41,553 bases of DNA from Pseudomonadota bacterium (GTDB lineage: Bacteria; Bdellovibrionota; FAC87; UBA2466), in the NCBI GenBank assembly GCA_043718025.1, contig JAYSWN010000027.1, forward strand, positions 1 through 41,553, read 5' to 3'. The notes under the pieces are model-generated. The model worked only from the letters and a program-made list of their open reading frames with translations, ran no database searches and was not told the origin of the DNA. This document shows, one piece after another, positions 38,158 to 41,553 of this stretch (positions are counted from its first letter, which is position 1; each line of letters begins with the position of its first letter). Position numbers and translations under genes: made by a program.

Positions 38158-39312
38158 ATGGAATACTTCTCAGATATCTCTACGCTCGTAGTTTTGGTGT
38201 TGTCGGCCTTTGTGATTGGGTGGGCCGCCGAGACCGCCCAGGTATTTATGTCGCGAGCCTTGGCCCTTTCGCTGCTCGCCTGGTTGCAGACAACCCCGGA
38301 GTTTGCGGTCGAGGCTAACATTGCGTGGAATCAGCACCGAGACTTGATGATCGCCAATCTCACCGGCTCTTTGCGGCTGATCATGGGGTTGGGCTGGCCC
38401 ATGGTTTTTGGGGTTAGCTTTATTTCATCGTTTTTTAGAAACCGAACGATTGTTCGTCGCATTCGGCTTGGCGAAGAAGACGCATTGACCATCGTAATGC
38501 TGATTCTTTCGATTCTCTATTTTGCTTTGGTCTGGTTCAAAGGCTCATTAACTTGGCACGATAGCGTGGTGCTCATCGGCATTTACGTCAGCTACTTTGT
38601 GATCTCGATGCGGCTGCCGGCCGAAGCCCCAGAAGAGGGCGCGGGCGATGATCATGATCTGCCTTGGATTGGAAAAAAGATCGTGGTTCTGGCGCCCTTT
38701 CGCCGAAACCTCGCCATTTTCGCGCTGTTCTCCATTGGGGGGCTCGCCTTGTATTTTAGCGTCCACCCTTTTGTGGATGCGATGCAGCGTTGGTCGGTAA
38801 GTTTAGGCATTAGCACCTTTGTTTTCGTGCAGTGGGTCGCGCCGTTTCTTTCTGAGTTTCCCGAAAAAGTTACCGCCTTTCAGTGGGCGTTAAGGGAGAA
38901 AAAAGCCCCGCTCGCCATCATGAATTTTGTAAATTCGAATCTTAGTCAGTGGACACTTCTGGCGGCGATGTTGCCCCTTGTGCTGGGTTATTCCCTAGGT
39001 CGGTACGACGGCATTCACTTCACCGAGTTTCAAGAGCGTGAAATTTTACTTACGGTGGCGCAGGCATTGGTTGGCGCGATGCTCTTGGTCGACCTTGAGT
39101 TTTCGCTCGTCGACGCCGTTCTGATCTTTGTGCTGTGGATTACCCAATTCATATTTGCCGATACTCGTGAGGTAGTTCTTTATCTTTATTTACTTTGGGC
39201 GGGGGCCCTTTTCTTACGCCACCTCTATTCCTATTCAACCGCCAAGAAAGTGCCGCTCGTGTTCGTTGGAATAAGAGCAACTTTGGCTTTGGCGTGGGCA
39301 AGAAAAAAATGA
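38158..39312 (+). CDS. Cation/Ca2+ exchanger (CaCA superfamily)
   Basis: About 10 TM; alpha repeats QTTPEFAV...ANLTGS and PFLSEFPE...NSNLSQWT. Start ATG 38158. Confidence 0.85.
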   Translation: MEYFSDISTLVVLVLSAFVIGWAAETAQVFMSRALALSLLAWLQTTPEFAVEANIAWNQHRDLMIANLTGSLRLIMGLGWPMVFGVSFISSFFRNRTIVRRIRLGEEDALTIVMLILSILYFALVWFKGSLTWHDSVVLIGIYVSYFVISMRLPAEAPEEGAGDDHDLPWIGKKIVVLAPFRRNLAIFALFSIGGLALYFSVHPFVDAMQRWSVSLGISTFVFVQWVAPFLSEFPEKVTAFQWALREKKAPLAIMNFVNSNLSQWTLLAAMLPLVLGYSLGRYDGIHFTEFQEREILLTVAQALVGAMLLVDLEFSLVDAVLIFVLWITQFIFADTREVVLYLYLLWAGALFLRHLYSYSTAKKVPLVFVGIRATLALAWARKK

Positions 39313-39376
39313 TGGCTTTTTTTATTAGCTATTCAAGGCTGTGGTAGCGCGAACCTTCTCTTTCGTTGAGGTACGC

Positions 39377-39541
39377 GCGGCACCTAAGGTTCTGGAGCGA
39401 ATACAGGCACCGGGAAAATTGGATCTAACCCCTTAATATCCTGTTTCATTTAGCGCCAGGACGCGAGGCTCGCGATGGCGGAGACAGACGTACCCCCATT
39501 AACGGAACTGTGTTATACGCTACGTCCTAATTAGGTGCCGC
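39377..39541 (+). ncRNA. Rod-like structured RNA, probable 6S RNA
   Basis: Nested helices: GCGGCACCTAA/TTAGGTGCCGC, AGCG/CGCT, AATACAG/CTGTGTT, CCG/CGG, central bubble, CTGTTTC/GAGACAG, CGCCA/TGGCG, CGCGA/TCGCG. G-U wobbles favour the + strand. Confidence 0.62.
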
Positions 39542-39545
39542 TAAG

Positions 39546-40580
39546 TTGTTTACCGTTGATAAATACCTTTCTGAACTAAAGCGCTTCACCCAGGCCTTGG
39601 CCATGGCAAAGCGCGTGCTGATCACGGCTCCAGGTGCGGCCGACGGCGACTCCGTGGGTGCCCAGCTGGCGCTCAAGATGATGATTGAGCACCGGTTTTC
39701 CCAGGTTAAAGTTTTTATCATTAACGATGAGCCGATTCCCCCGCGCTACGAATTCATGGCGGGCATCGAAAGTTTGCTCACTCCTGAAACCGCCAAGCTG
39801 ACCCCGCAAGATAAATTTGACGTGGGAATTCTGGTCGACGGCGGTATCGACCGTGCCGGCAGGTTGGTCGAGTATTTTAAGCGCTGTCCGGTCACCACCT
39901 TTATCGACCACCACTTGATTAGCTTTGAGTACCCCTACTCGATTCGTATTGTGGAGCCGAAGGCATCGGCAACCACCCAATTGATATTCGAACTCTCTCA
40001 AACACCGTATTTTGCCACTCCGTGCAGCCGAGCTTTTGCCCAGGCAATTTTTCTGGGGCTGATTTTTGATACTGGATTTTTTCGCCATCCGAACACCAGC
40101 CCCGAAGTTTTAGAATTAGGGGCCAAGTTATTGCGCACTGGCTTTGACTTTACCCAGGTTGGCGAACGCGGGCTTTTAGAACGCACATTCAATAGTCTGA
40201 AACTATTGTCTAGCACCTTGGCTAAGGCTGAAATGCGGATGGGCGGCAAAATTATTTGGGCGGCCCTGCGGCAGCAGATGATGCAACAACATCAGGCGGT
40301 AGATGACGATCGCGAAGGCATTATCGATCAGCTTTTGCTCACCACCGGCGTGGAAGTGGCGCTCATCTTCTTCGAGCTAACCTCGGGGCAAACTCGCCTT
40401 TCATTGCGCTCGCGCAGCCGCTTTGACGTAGCCACGTTTGCTCGTAGCTTGACCGAACACGGCGGCGGGCACGACCGAGCGGCCGGGGCGCTTCTGGAAC
40501 TTAAGATTGAAGAGGCCATGCCTTGGGTGCTCGGGAAGCTGGACGCAGACTTTGATGACTTTATGAAGCGGCTCTCTTAA
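39546..40580 (+). CDS. nrnA: DHH/DHHA1 phosphoesterase, nanoRNase/pAp phosphatase NrnA-like
   Basis: DGDSVG, ILVD, FIDHH, DTGFF, SLRS, GGGH..AAG. Confidence 0.88.
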   Translation: MFTVDKYLSELKRFTQALAMAKRVLITAPGAADGDSVGAQLALKMMIEHRFSQVKVFIINDEPIPPRYEFMAGIESLLTPETAKLTPQDKFDVGILVDGGIDRAGRLVEYFKRCPVTTFIDHHLISFEYPYSIRIVEPKASATTQLIFELSQTPYFATPCSRAFAQAIFLGLIFDTGFFRHPNTSPEVLELGAKLLRTGFDFTQVGERGLLERTFNSLKLLSSTLAKAEMRMGGKIIWAALRQQMMQQHQAVDDDREGIIDQLLLTTGVEVALIFFELTSGQTRLSLRSRSRFDVATFARSLTEHGGGHDRAAGALLELKIEEAMPWVLGKLDADFDDFMKRLS

Positions 40581-40766
40581 GCCGCTATTCACCGGCCGAG
40601 CGTCAATCCTTCGTCTAAATGGGGCGGTTTGCTTTTGTTGGGGACAAGCCTGAGATAATAGGATTTAAAGGATTCAGGGTAGCCGGCGACGTTTAAGTCC
40701 CTAGCCTGATGATGTTGGGTTGTTTTGGCTGGGGAGCTGGTACTTTAGTTTTTTGGGGAGTCGCAG

Positions 40767-41369
40767 ATGAATTTCGTCTCGGCGTTTCTAGTCTTGCCTT
40801 TTTTGGGGCCTTTTTGGGGTTTCACTCCGGCCTACTCGGCCATCGAAGTGATTGCGGAAGCCGGGCATTCACCGTCCTGCGAAGAGTTCCGAATTTCAAG
40901 AGAGCTGCGTATTTATAAAGACCCGAGCCTGTTCATGGGCTCTCTGAGTCTTATTTACCAAGATCCAGTTGTGGGTTGGGAAAAACTGATGGGCGAAAAC
41001 CCCTTGCTCACCACTTTGCGTGGTACTGCGCAGTTGCTTCGTCTTGGACCGCCCACCGAATTCAAAAACTTTGGTTTCATCGCCAAACTTTATGAAAGCG
41101 TAGAGCCAAAACTTAGGCTTCAAGAGATCATTCCCCGGGCGATTGAAATGAAGCACGGGCCAAGCGTTAAGATTAAACCCGAGAGAGCAAAAAAATATTC
41201 GGCCGCCCAGATTGTCCCGGTAATGCTGTGCGGCGATTCAGATGCGTACCGAAATACCATGGGGTTTGTTTTGCAATCAGACCTAACCGCCTCACAACTC
41301 GATGCCAACGGGGGCAATATTTTACCGCCTTCGGTTCACTCAATCCCTGAGTGGAAGAGTCGTCCGTAG
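40767..41369 (+). CDS. Hypothetical protein, probable signal peptide
   Basis: 200-aa ORF with GGGGAG SD and hydrophobic N-terminus; no recognised domain. Confidence 0.65.
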   Translation: MNFVSAFLVLPFLGPFWGFTPAYSAIEVIAEAGHSPSCEEFRISRELRIYKDPSLFMGSLSLIYQDPVVGWEKLMGENPLLTTLRGTAQLLRLGPPTEFKNFGFIAKLYESVEPKLRLQEIIPRAIEMKHGPSVKIKPERAKKYSAAQIVPVMLCGDSDAYRNTMGFVLQSDLTASQLDANGGNILPPSVHSIPEWKSRP

Positions 41370-41417
41370 TTGCGTTATTGTTTTTCCGCGAGACTTCACA
41401 TTGGTTATTTAATTTCC

Positions 41418-41553
41418 TAGGAGAGTGTCTCAAAAGTGGTGTTTCGCCGTCATTACCGAAGGCGCACGCAGTGCGGCTGAAGCAACCCTTTCACTATGAG
41501 TGAAGAGGGACGTCGACAAAACCAAGCAGGCCAAAGGTTGCCGCGCCTGCTAC
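41418..41553. repeat. Second CGTC-type palindromic element (truncated by the window end), preceded by an IS-end-like sequence
   Basis: CGTCATT...CGCAC-GCA-GTGCG..GAAGCAACC (from 41448) pairs with GGTTGC (about 41536-41541); spacer hairpin TTCACT-ATG-AGTGAA; upstream TAGGAGAGTGTCTCAAAAG. Confidence 0.5.

Noticed and set aside
38158..39312. CaCA exchanger as part of the channel system
   Set aside because: It is 35 kb away among housekeeping genes and lacks the shared upstream motif.
39576..40088. 170-aa antisense ORF (likewise 31918..32427)
   Set aside because: Each lies opposite a clearly conserved gene.
1..41553. CRISPR array, tRNA/rRNA, prophage, transposase or known defence system
   Set aside because: No regularly spaced repeats outside the FN3 coding region, no cloverleaf seen, and no matching protein motifs.

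Overview
Bacterial chromosomal segment, about 50% GC. The gene repertoire suggests a Bdellovibrionota/deltaproteobacteria-like organism, but this is inference only. Left part: a partial NhaR-like LysR gene (1..435, missing from the ORF track) faces a baeRF/Balon-like eRF1-fold protein, a zf-TFIIB protein, a voltage-gated channel with a CavMr-like TLEGWVE filter, an ABC/HlyD/TolC exporter and a TerB-domain gene. The baeRF and TerB promoters share an identically spaced 38-bp motif. Next come a CGTC-type palindromic repeat, a 1798-aa subtilase with 13 FN3 domains and a lipoprotein. A divergent envelope/lipid-modification locus follows (YceI - P450 - membrane spermidine-synthase-like versus GT87 - GT2/methyltransferase/YdjC fusion), then a Lol/MacB-like ABC + LolA-like + outer-membrane operon. 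Right part: ferritin-like, hppD coupled to a di-iron protein, mce, rhomboid, an FtsK lacking its gamma domain, mnmH/selU, a CaCA exchanger, an unannotated ~165-nt 6S-like RNA abutting nrnA, and a second partial palindromic repeat. No tRNA, rRNA, CRISPR array or transposase was seen.
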